Source of the DNA: a virus | Lineage: Duplodnaviria; Caudoviricetes | Virus record (IMG/VR): IMGVR_UViG_3300034062_005626 | Reading direction: 5' to 3' (one strand) | DNA: 64,000 nt | Shown here: positions 38,239-47,679 of the stretch, one piece after another | Layout of the letters: each line of letters begins with the position of its first letter | How positions within the stretch are numbered: the first letter of the stretch is position 1 | The notes under the pieces: model-generated | What the model was told of the DNA's origin: nothing | Database searches by the model: none | What the model saw: only the letters and a program-made list of their open reading frames with translations | Program-made: the position numbers and the translations under genes

Positions 38239-38871
38239 TTAAATTCTACTTCTAAAATTTCTTAAAAGTTCTCCTTTTGTAAAGTGAGTTGGTATATGTT
38301 TTTGTACTATTGATAAAATACTTTCTTCTAATTTTTTTACATCATCCTCTTCAACTCTTTTTGGTAGACCTTTGTGTTTTGTGGATGCAAAATCTTCTAA
38401 TTCTTTTTTAGACATTTCTTTTGCCATGTTTTGAACTTTTTTAGAAACCTTGGATTTTGGAGTATCCCCTTTTTTAACAGAAAGAGCTAATCCCATAATT
38501 TTTTGTTGTTGTCTAGAGACCGCTTTTTCTTCAAGTTCTCCTTCAATCGACATTCCGTCATATTCATCACCAAATCCATCATCTGAACCAGGTCCAGAAT
38601 AATTATCACCCGTTTCATATGGGTCGTTTCCTGCCATTCTATTTAATGCGAAGTCATCTTCTTCAAGTTCTTCTTCATAAGTAACAAATGATTTACCGGC
38701 AGATTTGGCCTTAGCCTCTTCAGGGGAACCTTTTTTAACATTAAGTGTCCCTTCTTGCTCCATAATTCTACGGTATAAAGAAGATAATTGTTTTTCTGAT
38801 AGATTTTCTAATGTTTTAATAGAAAACCCTTCATGAAGTAATTTTTGAAGTTTATAATTCATGTGTTTCAT
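38239..38871 (-). CDS. hypothetical protein with DUF3008-like module
   Basis: EKAVSRQQQKIMGLALSVKKG...MSKKELEDFASTKHKGLPKRV; true start may be 38862. Confidence 0.6.
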   Translation of the reverse strand: MKHMNYKLQKLLHEGFSIKTLENLSEKQLSSLYRRIMEQEGTLNVKKGSPEEAKAKSAGKSFVTYEEELEEDDFALNRMAGNDPYETGDNYSGPGSDDGFGDEYDGMSIEGELEEKAVSRQQQKIMGLALSVKKGDTPKSKVSKKVQNMAKEMSKKELEDFASTKHKGLPKRVEEDDVKKLEESILSIVQKHIPTHFTKGELLRNFRSRI

Positions 38872-39271
38872 TTAGCATCAAATTTTTTTCCCAATTTAAT
38901 ACGACATCTCTTTCGTATAATTTACTTTCAACATTTTCAATACTTTCTCCGTATTGAAAAACTAATCGTTTCTTTTTATATACAATTATTTCATCTGAAT
39001 CCGATTTTTCCCATCCTAATGAAATAACGCCATCAACAGCATCATAAACACAAAAAAAGTCTGAATTTTGAACTAATTCTAATTCTATGTCTGAGTTTTT
39101 TAAAATACCAACTTTTTTGATAAATTCAATTTTTGGTGGTTGTGGTCGGCCAGCTGCCGGTTCAATATCCCAATCTTCACCATACGAGTCATCAACGTCT
39201 GAAAAAATAAATTCATAAATATTGTCTCCTCTAAAGTTTGGTCCTAACTCATTTATATAAATTAAATTCAT
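38852..39271 (-). CDS. hypothetical protein
   Basis: 139-aa ORF in operon. Confidence 0.75.
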   Translation of the reverse strand: MNLIYINELGPNFRGDNIYEFIFSDVDDSYGEDWDIEPAAGRPQPPKIEFIKKVGILKNSDIELELVQNSDFFCVYDAVDGVISLGWEKSDSDEIIVYKKKRLVFQYGESIENVESKLYERDVVLNWEKNLMLNETHEL

Positions 39272-40581
39272 ATAATATTTCCTCTTGTGTCTATTTTAAT
39301 TTGTTTACCTTTTTTATTAAAAATTAAATTATCTAAATTTGTTTTACCTACAAATTGTGCTCCTTCAGATAAAAGTCTATTTGCTCTTTCCAACTGACGA
39401 TTAGTTTCTGATAAATTTTGCAACTCTTGTTTTACTTTTATCTGTGTTAATTTGTTTTTAATATAATCTTTTTGTTTTTTTTCTTCTAAAATTGGAGCTT
39501 CTTCTTTTGTTACTACAAAATATTTTTTCAAAACATTTTCAACTCTTGATTCTCCAAAAACATTTTCTGTTGGCTCTTGTGGCATTGGTTCTTCACCACC
39601 CATAGGAGCTCCGCCCATTGGTTCTCCTCCAAATTCCTCACCACCAAAATTGACATCTTCTTCACCACTAAAATCTAAACTTTCTGGTCCTTCATCGCCG
39701 TACATATCAATTTCTTCAAATTTAGATAAAATGTCTTCTTTATCATCCTCGTCCAACTTTTCTAAATCTAAAGCCGATAAAACCATGTTTATAACATATT
39801 TAATATCCTGTGAATCCAATCCGTCTTCATCTTGATTGTTATATGCTCTTAATTTTTGTGATAATTTACCTGTAAGTCTTTGAATAGTTTTGAATCCTCC
39901 ACCTTCTTCAGTCTCACCGCCCATTGGTTCTCCACCCATAGGCTCACCGCCCATTGGTTCTCCACCCATAGGCTCACCACCCATTTGTTCTCCACCCATC
40001 ATTTCATCACCCATAGGTTCTCCTCCCATAGGTTCTCCACCCATCATTTCATCACCCATTGGCTCACCACCTTCTTCAGGTGCTGGTGGTGCAGGAGTTT
40101 CTTCAGGAGCAGGAGCAGGTGACGATTCAGGTGCTGGCGGTGCAGGTGCAGGTGCTGGCGCTGCGTCAGGAGTTGGTTCCGTTGCGGGTTTAGGTGTTTT
40201 TAAAACAAATTTTTTTTTTGAAGCGGTTTGCTCGCCAATTAAAGGAATCTCCTCGTCATTCTCATGAATACGATTTAATTCTTTAGCGTGAAGATTCAAC
40301 TTTTTCATCGCCTGAGAATACGAATCAAAATATTTTCTTTGTCTAATTGGGTCTGAATAATCTAAAACAGATTCATTAATCCCTTTTTTAATTATATAAC
40401 CTAACTTTTCTTTAACAATACCGTAAGTGTAACCATCGGCTAATTGAATGGTATAGTTCAAAGTTTCGTTTTCGTTAAGTTGTGATTTTGGTTTTTCATT
40501 ATAATGTGCAATTTCTAAGATACGTCTAATTTTGTCCATACCTTCTAATTTTTCACTTCCAAGTGGTTTCAAATCTGCCAT
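39268..40581 (-). CDS. hypothetical acidic protein with Pro-Ala and GGEPM low-complexity repeats
   Basis: ORF with late motif. Confidence 0.75.
   Translation of the reverse strand: MADLKPLGSEKLEGMDKIRRILEIAHYNEKPKSQLNENETLNYTIQLADGYTYGIVKEKLGYIIKKGINESVLDYSDPIRQRKYFDSYSQAMKKLNLHAKELNRIHENDEEIPLIGEQTASKKKFVLKTPKPATEPTPDAAPAPAPAPPAPESSPAPAPEETPAPPAPEEGGEPMGDEMMGGEPMGGEPMGDEMMGGEQMGGEPMGGEPMGGEPMGGEPMGGETEEGGGFKTIQRLTGKLSQKLRAYNNQDEDGLDSQDIKYVINMVLSALDLEKLDEDDKEDILSKFEEIDMYGDEGPESLDFSGEEDVNFGGEEFGGEPMGGAPMGGEEPMPQEPTENVFGESRVENVLKKYFVVTKEEAPILEEKKQKDYIKNKLTQIKVKQELQNLSETNRQLERANRLLSEGAQFVGKTNLDNLIFNKKGKQIKIDTRGNII
39905..40075 (-). repeat. 15/30-bp tandem repeats encoding (G-G-E-P/Q/M-M)n
   Basis: identical 30-mers at 39913-39942 and 39943-39972 plus degenerate copies. 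Confidence 0.9.
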
Positions 40582-40612
40582 TTTGTGTTTTTCTTAATAT
40601 GTTATTTTTAAT

Positions 40613-40619
40613 ATAAATA
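40613..40619 (-). promoter_or_regulatory. putative late promoter TATTTAT
   Basis: 31 nt before start 40581; second copy at 40645-40651. Confidence 0.55.
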
Positions 40620-40676
40620 TCCAAAAGGATAGTTTAACTCAATAATAAATATATTGTTAATAGATAAATTGACTAA

Positions 40677-41450
40677 TTATTCAATATTTAAGTTTTCTAA
40701 TGATAATTTTTTATCAGTAATCTTGTTTTTGAAGTCTTCAAGTTTTTTTATATAACCTGTTCTTCTTAAAAACTTAAACACCAAATTTTCATATGAATAC
40801 TCCCCTTCTTTTGTTAATCCACAAGTTCTGTATTTTCTTAACTTTTCTTTATATTTCTTAACAAGGTCAATTGCGTCTTTTAAATCTTCATCTTCTGCGT
40901 TTTCTAAAACACCATCTATAATATCCATCCATTGTTGTGCCTTTTCTTTAATCTTTTTCTCATCGACTTCAAAATTTTCTTTTTCTGGTTTTCTAATCCA
41001 TGTATCAGAAACCAAAGAATAAGACCCCATACTTTTTTCTTTTTCGTTTGAGTCTTGAATAAAAACTTCAACTTCATAACCTTTAATTCTAATGTCATGA
41101 GATGCGTTAAACAATGTTTTTTTTAGGTGAAAAAGTTCTTCATATAATTCTTTATTTTCACCGGCTTCATTAAAATCATATAATAAATGAACGTCAAAAT
41201 CAGAAAACTCAGACCAATTATAACCAGTTAAAGAACCAATTAGTATAATGTCTTGAATAAAAATGTCTTGGTCGATTGTTTTTAAAAAAACGTCAGCAAC
41301 TTGTAAAAGTTTTTTTCTAATTTCAGGTTTTAATTTATAGAATTGGGCGTCTTTGTTACCCATATATTTTTCATTGGGTAATTCCCAAACTTCAGGATTA
41401 AGTTTGTCTTGTAAATAAAAGCTGTTTATAACTTTTTTAAATTCCTTCAT
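40677..41450 (-). CDS. Pol-beta superfamily nucleotidyltransferase
   Basis: LIGSLTGYNWSEFSDFDVHL (hGS..DxD) plus YEVEVFIQD. Confidence 0.75.
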   Translation of the reverse strand: MKEFKKVINSFYLQDKLNPEVWELPNEKYMGNKDAQFYKLKPEIRKKLLQVADVFLKTIDQDIFIQDIILIGSLTGYNWSEFSDFDVHLLYDFNEAGENKELYEELFHLKKTLFNASHDIRIKGYEVEVFIQDSNEKEKSMGSYSLVSDTWIRKPEKENFEVDEKKIKEKAQQWMDIIDGVLENAEDEDLKDAIDLVKKYKEKLRKYRTCGLTKEGEYSYENLVFKFLRRTGYIKKLEDFKNKITDKKLSLENLNIE

Positions 41451-41454
41451 ATTA

Positions 41455-41461
41455 ATAAATA
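41455..41461 (-). promoter_or_regulatory. putative late promoter TATTTAT
   Basis: 4 nt before start 41450. Confidence 0.6.
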
Positions 41462-41478
41462 CATTATCAATATGATTT

Positions 41479-41721
41479 TCAAAGTTTTTTGTATTTGAAT
41501 TTTTTTGCTATGTTTTGATTGAAATATTTTCCTTGGGAGTCAGATAATCTAAATTGAGAATATATTGAATGTGGAACTTCTTCATATTCATATAACATTT
41601 CGTTGTTAAAAGTGATTTTTAATGTTTTATTTTCAATATCATATTCACTTCTTTTTAAATTAGAAGATGTTATTTCACAAATAATTTTGTTTCCTTCTAT
41701 GTCTGTTCTAGTTATTGCCAT
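41479..41721 (-). CDS. KTSC domain protein
   Basis: SSNLKRSEYD....LKITFNN..LYEYEEVP...SDSQGKYFNQNI; start moved to ATG 41721. Confidence 0.8.
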   Translation of the reverse strand: MAITRTDIEGNKIICEITSSNLKRSEYDIENKTLKITFNNEMLYEYEEVPHSIYSQFRLSDSQGKYFNQNIAKKFKYKKL

Positions 41722-41777
41722 GTTAATATATTTTTCAAAAAAATAGTAAAAATTATAAAAGTAGTAAACACACAAAT

Positions 41778-41802
41778 AAAAAATCCACCCGAAGGTGGAT
41801 TT
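41778..41802 (-). terminator. intrinsic terminator after dnaK (C-UUCG-G loop)
   Basis: minus strand AAATCCACC-TTCG-GGTGGATTT-TTT. Confidence 0.9.
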
Positions 41803-41823
41803 AAAATTTACAATCTTGGGAGA

Positions 41824-43680
41824 TTATTTTACCTCTTCAAAATCTACATTTGTAACTTCTTCTTCATTATCAGAACTTTCTGAAGCTTGGTTATACAAAT
41901 TTTGACTTATTTTTTGAAACTCGTTATTTACCTCATCCATTAACGATTTAATATTTTCAATATTTTTTTCGTTATATGCAGTTTTTAGATTTTCAATTTT
42001 AGAAGTGATATTTTCTTTATCTTCATCTGAAATTTTATTTTTTAAATCTTCCAAAGACTTTGAAACTTGAAAAATCATAGAATCTGCCGAATTTAATGTG
42101 TCAGCATCCTCTTTTAATTTTTTGTCAATTTCGGCATTTTGTTCTGCATCCATTTTCATTTTTTCAATTTCTTCTTTGGATAATCCTGATGAAGACTCAA
42201 TTCTAATTGATTGAGTTTTATTTGTTGCTTTGTCTAATGCTGATACATTTATAATACCATTAGCGTCAATGTCAAAAGTAACTTCAATTTGAGGAACACC
42301 TCTTCTTGATGGTGGGAATCCGTCCAAATGGAACTTTCCGATAGTTTTATTGTCTTTAGCCATAGACCTTTCTCCTTGCAATACATGAATTTCTACGGAA
42401 GGTTGATTATCGACTGCGGTTGAAAATACTTCAGATTTTTTTGTTGGGATTGTTGTGTTTGCACTTATTAGTTTAGTAAAAACACCCCCCATAGTTTCAA
42501 TACCCAAAGATAGTGGTGTTACGTCCAATAATAATACATCTGTCACATCCCCACCTAATACACCACCTTGGATTGCTGCCCCTAACGCAACCACCTCATC
42601 AGGGTTTACACCTTTTGATGGGTCTTTACCAAAAAACTTCTTAACCGCCTCTTGAATTGCGGGGATTCTAGTTGAACCACCGACCAAAATAATTTCGTCA
42701 ATATCTGAAGGTTTTAATCCCGCATTTTTAAGTGCTGATTCACATGGTTTGATAGTACGTTTTACTAAATCTTCAGTTAATTGGTCAAATTTAGATTTTG
42801 TAATTTTTAAAACTAAATGTTTTGGTCCTGTTGAATCGGCAGTAAGATAAGGTAGATTGATGTCAGTTGAAGGTGAAGATGACAACTCAATTTTAGCTTT
42901 TTCTGCTGATTCTTTTAATCTTTGAATCGCCATAGGGTCTTTTGTGATGTCGATACTTGTTTCGTTTTTAAATTCACTAACCATGTAATCAATTAAAACT
43001 TGGTCAAAATCATCTCCACCTAAATGAGTATCTCCGTCTGTAGATAAAACTTCAAATACACCGTCACCAAGTTCCAAAATCGAAACGTCATGAGTACCAC
43101 CTCCACAGTCAAAAACAACAATTTTCATTTCTTTTGACATTTTATCTAATCCGTATGCTAAAGCCGCTGCGGTTGGTTCGTTTATAATTCTTCTAACCGT
43201 TAATCCCGCAATTTCACCAGCTTCTTTTGTTGCTTGTCTTTGAGCGTCATTAAAATATGCGGGTACGGTGATGACCGCCTCAGTTACTTTTTCACCTAAG
43301 TAGTCTTCAGCTGTTTGTTTCATTTTTTGTAAAATAGTTGCTGAAATTTCTTGAGGTGAAAATTTCTTATCGTCAATAAGAACTCTTGGATTATTTTTTT
43401 CACTCACAACTTTATAAGGTACTTTTTTGATTTCACTTTTTGTTTCATCAAAACTTGTACCCATAAATCTTTTAATTGAGTATATTGTTTTTTCAGGATT
43501 TGTCACCGCCTGTCTTTTTGCGGGGTCTCCAATTTTTCTCTCACCGTCTTTAACAAATCCAACAACTGATGGTGTTGTTCTTTTTCCTTCGCTGTTTGTA
43601 ATTACTACCGGCTCACGACCTTCCATTACTGCTACACAAGAATTAGTTGTTCCTAAGTCTATACCAATAATTTTTCCCAT
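41824..43680 (-). CDS. dnaK: Hsp70 chaperone DnaK
   Basis: [62 protein letters not shown]. Confidence 0.97.
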   Translation of the reverse strand: MGKIIGIDLGTTNSCVAVMEGREPVVITNSEGKRTTPSVVGFVKDGERKIGDPAKRQAVTNPEKTIYSIKRFMGTSFDETKSEIKKVPYKVVSEKNNPRVLIDDKKFSPQEISATILQKMKQTAEDYLGEKVTEAVITVPAYFNDAQRQATKEAGEIAGLTVRRIINEPTAAALAYGLDKMSKEMKIVVFDCGGGTHDVSILELGDGVFEVLSTDGDTHLGGDDFDQVLIDYMVSEFKNETSIDITKDPMAIQRLKESAEKAKIELSSSPSTDINLPYLTADSTGPKHLVLKITKSKFDQLTEDLVKRTIKPCESALKNAGLKPSDIDEIILVGGSTRIPAIQEAVKKFFGKDPSKGVNPDEVVALGAAIQGGVLGGDVTDVLLLDVTPLSLGIETMGGVFTKLISANTTIPTKKSEVFSTAVDNQPSVEIHVLQGERSMAKDNKTIGKFHLDGFPPSRRGVPQIEVTFDIDANGIINVSALDKATNKTQSIRIESSSGLSKEEIEKMKMDAEQNAEIDKKLKEDADTLNSADSMIFQVSKSLEDLKNKISDEDKENITSKIENLKTAYNEKNIENIKSLMDEVNNEFQKISQNLYNQASESSDNEEEVTNVDFEEVK

Positions 43681-43724
43681 TTTTTGTTTAACATTTTTTA
43701 TAGTTTATTTTTTTTGTTTATTTT

Positions 43725-43800
43725 ATTCAACAAATTTGTGCCACAATTAAAAGTATGACAAAATGTCAGTATCGTCAACATATGTCAAGACATAATGTCA
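43725..43800. promoter_or_regulatory. dnaK/clpC divergent control region with TGACA-N3-TGTCA palindromes and a sigma54-like TGGCAC element
   Basis: TGACAaaaTGTCA 43756-68; AGACAtaaTGTCA 43788-800; TGTCA 43783-87; minus-strand TGGCAC 43738-43. Confidence 0.5.
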
Positions 43801-43859
43801 AAAATGTATTTTTTAATTGATTATTAATAAAGTTAGTTATACTTTTTAAAAAAAACAAT

Positions 43860-45902
43860 ATGATTGAATCAGCAGACAACAACGAAAAAGACAAAGGAAA
43901 AAAAACTGAAACCACAGGTAAAACACCCGTGTTGGATAATTTTTCAAGAGATTTAATAAAAGCGGCAGAAGAGGGTAAATTGGACCCTATTATTGGAAGA
44001 GAACAAGAAATTAACAGGATTGCACAAATTCTATCAAGAAGAAAAAAGAATAACCCAATTATTATTGGTGAACCTGGTTGTGGAAAAACTGCTATTGTGG
44101 AAGGATTAGCCAAAAAAATATTTGAAGGGGATTGTCCTCAGAATTTAGTTAGTAAAAGAATTGTCTCTTTAGATTTAACCTCTGTAGTTGCAGGAACAAA
44201 GTATAGAGGTCAGTTTGAAGAAAGAATGAAAGTTATAATTGAAGAATTATACGCAAATCCTGACATCATTATTTTTATAGATGAAATCCACACTATGATT
44301 GGTGCCGGAAATGCATCAGGTTCCATGGATGCGTCAAATATATTTAAACCAGCGTTGTCAAGAGGAGAAATTCAATGTATTGGTGCAACCACATTAGAAG
44401 AATATAGAAAAAATATTGAAAAGGATGGGGCTCTTGAAAGAAGGTTTCAAAAAGTTGTTGTAGACCCATCAACCAAAGAAGAAACTTTAGAAATACTAAA
44501 ACAATCCAAAGACCGTTACGAAAAACACCATAAAGTTAGATATAGTGAAGATATTTTGAAACTATGTGTTGAATTGGCCGATAGATATATTACCGACAGA
44601 GAATTTCCTGATAAGGCGTTTGATATACTTGATGAGGTTGGAGCAAGAAGTCAGGTGGAAATCAAATTACCTGAATCTATTGAAAAACTAAAAAAAGAAG
44701 CTCAAGAAATAAAAGAACAAAAAATAGAAGTAATTAATAAACAAAGGTACGAAGAGGCTGCAAATTTAAGAGATAGAGAAAGAAAAGTTTTATCAGAACT
44801 TCAAAAAGAAAAAGAAGATTTTGAAAAAAACAGAGACCTTTACCGAAAAGAAGTTACAGAAGAAATTGTTTATGATGTTACTTCTTTGATGACAAAAATT
44901 CCTATTAATAAAATCACAACTGATGAATCAATTCAATTAGCATCATTACATGAAGTATTAAACACAAGAGTAATTGGTCAAAATGAGGCGGTTTCCAAAA
45001 TTGCAAGAGCAATACAAAGAAATAAAGTTGGTTTAAATGACCCTAAAAAACCAATATTTAGCGGATTATTAATTGGTAATTCAGGTGTTGGTAAAACTGA
45101 ATTAGCAAAACAGTTGGCAAAACATATGTTTAATAGTGAAGACGCACTTATTAGGTTGGATATGAGTGAATTTTCAGATAAAGTTGCAACATCAAAATTA
45201 ACAGGAACATCACCAGGTTATGTTGGGTATGAAGATGGTTCACCATTTTTGAACAAAATTAAAAACAAACCTTATTCTGTTATTTTATTGGATGAAATAG
45301 AAAAGGCTCACCCAGAAATTTTTAATGTATTTTTACAAATGTTAGATGAAGGGTTTTTAACCGATGGTCACGGTAGAAAAATTAACTTTAAAAATTGTAT
45401 TATCCTTATGACATCAAATGTTGGAACAAGAGTTGTTCAACAATTTGGTACAGGTGTTGGGTTTTCAACATCACATAAAGAAGAAACAAAAGATGAAGAA
45501 ATAAAATCTTTATTGGAAAAAGAACTTTTTAAAAAGTTTGCACCTGAGTTTATCAATAGATTTGATGATATTGTATACTTTAAAGACTTGAATGACAATG
45601 ATTTAATGAAGATTTTGAATTTAGAACTTGAAAAATTATATACAAGAGTTTCAAATCTTGAATTTAATGTTGAAGTTGATGAATCACTAAAAAATCACTT
45701 AATTAAAGTGGGTACGGACACTAGATTTGGAGCTCGTATTTTGAAAAGAACGGTTCAAAAGTGGGTGGATGATGCGATTACAGAAAAAGTACTTTCAGAT
45801 AAGCCAGATAAAAACTCTACATTTTTACTGTCGTATGATGAAAAAAATAATAAAACAGAAGTTAAAATAAAAAAACCAACAAAAAGAAAAGGTAAGGTTT
45901 AA
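43860..45902 (+). CDS. clpC: ClpC-type AAA+ unfoldase lacking the N-terminal domain
   Basis: GEPGCGKT, FIDEIHT, UVR-like YEEAANLRDRE, GNSGVGKT, LLDEIEKAH, ClpP-docking-like GVGF loop. Confidence 0.85.
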   Translation: MIESADNNEKDKGKKTETTGKTPVLDNFSRDLIKAAEEGKLDPIIGREQEINRIAQILSRRKKNNPIIIGEPGCGKTAIVEGLAKKIFEGDCPQNLVSKRIVSLDLTSVVAGTKYRGQFEERMKVIIEELYANPDIIIFIDEIHTMIGAGNASGSMDASNIFKPALSRGEIQCIGATTLEEYRKNIEKDGALERRFQKVVVDPSTKEETLEILKQSKDRYEKHHKVRYSEDILKLCVELADRYITDREFPDKAFDILDEVGARSQVEIKLPESIEKLKKEAQEIKEQKIEVINKQRYEEAANLRDRERKVLSELQKEKEDFEKNRDLYRKEVTEEIVYDVTSLMTKIPINKITTDESIQLASLHEVLNTRVIGQNEAVSKIARAIQRNKVGLNDPKKPIFSGLLIGNSGVGKTELAKQLAKHMFNSEDALIRLDMSEFSDKVATSKLTGTSPGYVGYEDGSPFLNKIKNKPYSVILLDEIEKAHPEIFNVFLQMLDEGFLTDGHGRKINFKNCIILMTSNVGTRVVQQFGTGVGFSTSHKEETKDEEIKSLLEKELFKKFAPEFINRFDDIVYFKDLNDNDLMKILNLELEKLYTRVSNLEFNVEVDESLKNHLIKVGTDTRFGARILKRTVQKWVDDAITEKVLSDKPDKNSTFLLSYDEKNNKTEVKIKKPTKRKGKV

Positions 45903-45911
45903 TATTATTTA

Positions 45912-46565
45912 TTAGTATTTTCTTTCGCAAGCAAGTTTTTTTCCTTCATACGTAACCCCGTTATTTTTAAAATCTTTAGCTTTGGTAATTGCGTTTTGTA
46001 TGTTATTTGAACCTTGGGTATATGTACCAGCTGGAAAATTTTTGTTAAAGCAAACAGAACCGACACTTGTGTTAAAAATACTCACGTAAGCTCCGTCTTT
46101 TTTGAAAACATTAGGTTTTTTAGTTTTTTCAAAACCCTTACTCAATAACTCTTTAGTGAGTTCAGGGTCTGAAGAAAAGGTTGGGTCTTTTTTTGTTTGA
46201 ATTTTTTTAAGAGCCTCATTATACGACACTTCCACCTGTTGGTAAAATTGACAATTCTTTAAAAGTTCAGGGGTTATGTTTAATGTACCACTATATAAAA
46301 CCTTAGAATTATAATCAGTAATAGTCAATGATGCTTTATTTTTATTGTCTTGTGAGCGTATTGTTAAAATTAATGATACAATTGAACTTATGATTTTTTC
46401 TTTTTGAAGCATATATCTATATTTTCCACCTGTGTCTACAGATTTGTAACCCTTATTTTTTAAACAACTTATTAATTGTGAGTCCAATGTATTTTTTTCT
46501 TCATTAATAACTCTTCTTACAATTTTAGCCAAATCTGACTCAGTTAATCTTACAATTCTTTTCAT
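45912..46565 (-). CDS. LTESDL-leader protein 1 (putative internal head protein)
   Basis: true start 46565 gives MKRIVRLTESDLAKIVRRVINE. Confidence 0.75.
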   Translation of the reverse strand: MKRIVRLTESDLAKIVRRVINEEKNTLDSQLISCLKNKGYKSVDTGGKYRYMLQKEKIISSIVSLILTIRSQDNKNKASLTITDYNSKVLYSGTLNITPELLKNCQFYQQVEVSYNEALKKIQTKKDPTFSSDPELTKELLSKGFEKTKKPNVFKKDGAYVSIFNTSVGSVCFNKNFPAGTYTQGSNNIQNAITKAKDFKNNGVTYEGKKLACERKY

Positions 46566-46585
46566 AATTAATTTTATTATATACA

Positions 46586-46592
46586 ATAAATA
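46586..46592 (-). promoter_or_regulatory. putative late promoter TATTTAT
   Basis: 20 nt before start 46565. Confidence 0.6.
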
Positions 46593-46595
46593 TAT

Positions 46596-46603
46596 TATAT
46601 TTG
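46596..46603 (+). promoter_or_regulatory. Bacteroidota-type -7 element TAnnTTTG
   Basis: TATATTTG 14 nt before ATG 46618; -33 TTTG not evident. Confidence 0.45.
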
Positions 46604-46617
46604 TAAAAAACAAAATA

Positions 46618-47679
46618 ATGGACCTACAAAAATTTAAAGAACTCCTTTCAGTACCATCGAAAACATATCAAGAAGAAGATATGGTAGAATATATTTGTGA
46701 TGAGTTGGAAAAAATTCATGGAGTTACGTTTTATCGTGATAATATGATGAACATATACGCAACAAAGGGTACATTAGAAGAAGGTGAATTTTATCCCATG
46801 TTTATTGCTCACACTGATACGGTTCACAACAAAATAGATAAGATTGTTGTTAAAGAAGAAAAATTAAAACGACCATACACTTTTGGTAAAAATTTTCACG
46901 ATAATCTTGTTGACGTATTGAAAGCTTACGATGTTAATGATTTACCGACAGGCATTGGGGGTGATGACAAATGTGGTATTTTTATTTGTTTAGAATTACT
47001 TAAACAATTAGACAAAGTAAAAATTGGTTTATTTGTAAGTGAAGAAACGGGTTGTCACGGTTCATCAAAATGTGATGAAACTTTTTTGCAAGATGTAGGT
47101 TATATCACACAATACGATGCACCTGGCAACCATTTAATTACCGAGATTTGCTCGGGAGTTCGTTTATTTGAACGGGATAGTGAATTTTTTACAAAAACAT
47201 CAAAAGTTATTACCGAATCTTTTGGAAATGAAATGTTAGTTCAATCACATCCTTATACTGATATTTCACAGTTAAAGAAAAAAATTGATGTGTCTTGCAT
47301 CAACATGTCTTGCGGTTATTACAATATGCATTCACCACAAGAGTTTATTTCAATTGAAGATGTAAAATGTGCAATTGAAGCTGGAAAAAACATGGTTAAA
47401 GAATTGGGGTTAAAAAAATATGAATATCAATATAAACCGATAGTTTATACACCTACAACCGTTATGAACTCATTTGTTGAAGAATTTGATGATGATTTAG
47501 ATATTTTTGAAGTACAAGAAATAGAAAGTCATCATCGTTTACAAACTATTGATGTATATGAGGAAAAAGATGGAATCACACTAACTGATGTTTACGATGA
47601 TGGTTTTATGTTTATTCCTGATGAGGATTTGGCAAATTTATATGAAATTATTAGAGAAAGATTAATTAAAAAATATTAA
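46618..47679 (+). CDS. M20/M28-clan zinc peptidase-like protein
   Basis: IAHTDTVH, GIGGDDKCG, FVSEETGC, GYYNMHS. Confidence 0.8.
   Translation: MDLQKFKELLSVPSKTYQEEDMVEYICDELEKIHGVTFYRDNMMNIYATKGTLEEGEFYPMFIAHTDTVHNKIDKIVVKEEKLKRPYTFGKNFHDNLVDVLKAYDVNDLPTGIGGDDKCGIFICLELLKQLDKVKIGLFVSEETGCHGSSKCDETFLQDVGYITQYDAPGNHLITEICSGVRLFERDSEFFTKTSKVITESFGNEMLVQSHPYTDISQLKKKIDVSCINMSCGYYNMHSPQEFISIEDVKCAIEAGKNMVKELGLKKYEYQYKPIVYTPTTVMNSFVEEFDDDLDIFEVQEIESHHRLQTIDVYEEKDGITLTDVYDDGFMFIPDEDLANLYEIIRERLIKKY

Noticed and set aside
43681-44113. ORFs 43427-43750 (+) and 43775-44113 (-) spanning the dnaK/clpC spacer
   Set aside because: Antisense shadows of dnaK and clpC running into AT-rich intergenic DNA
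41824-45902. Host chromosomal contamination (dnaK, clpC)
   Set aside because: Same AT-rich codon style as flanking genes, no grpE/dnaJ context, phage-style terminator, and phage genes on both sides
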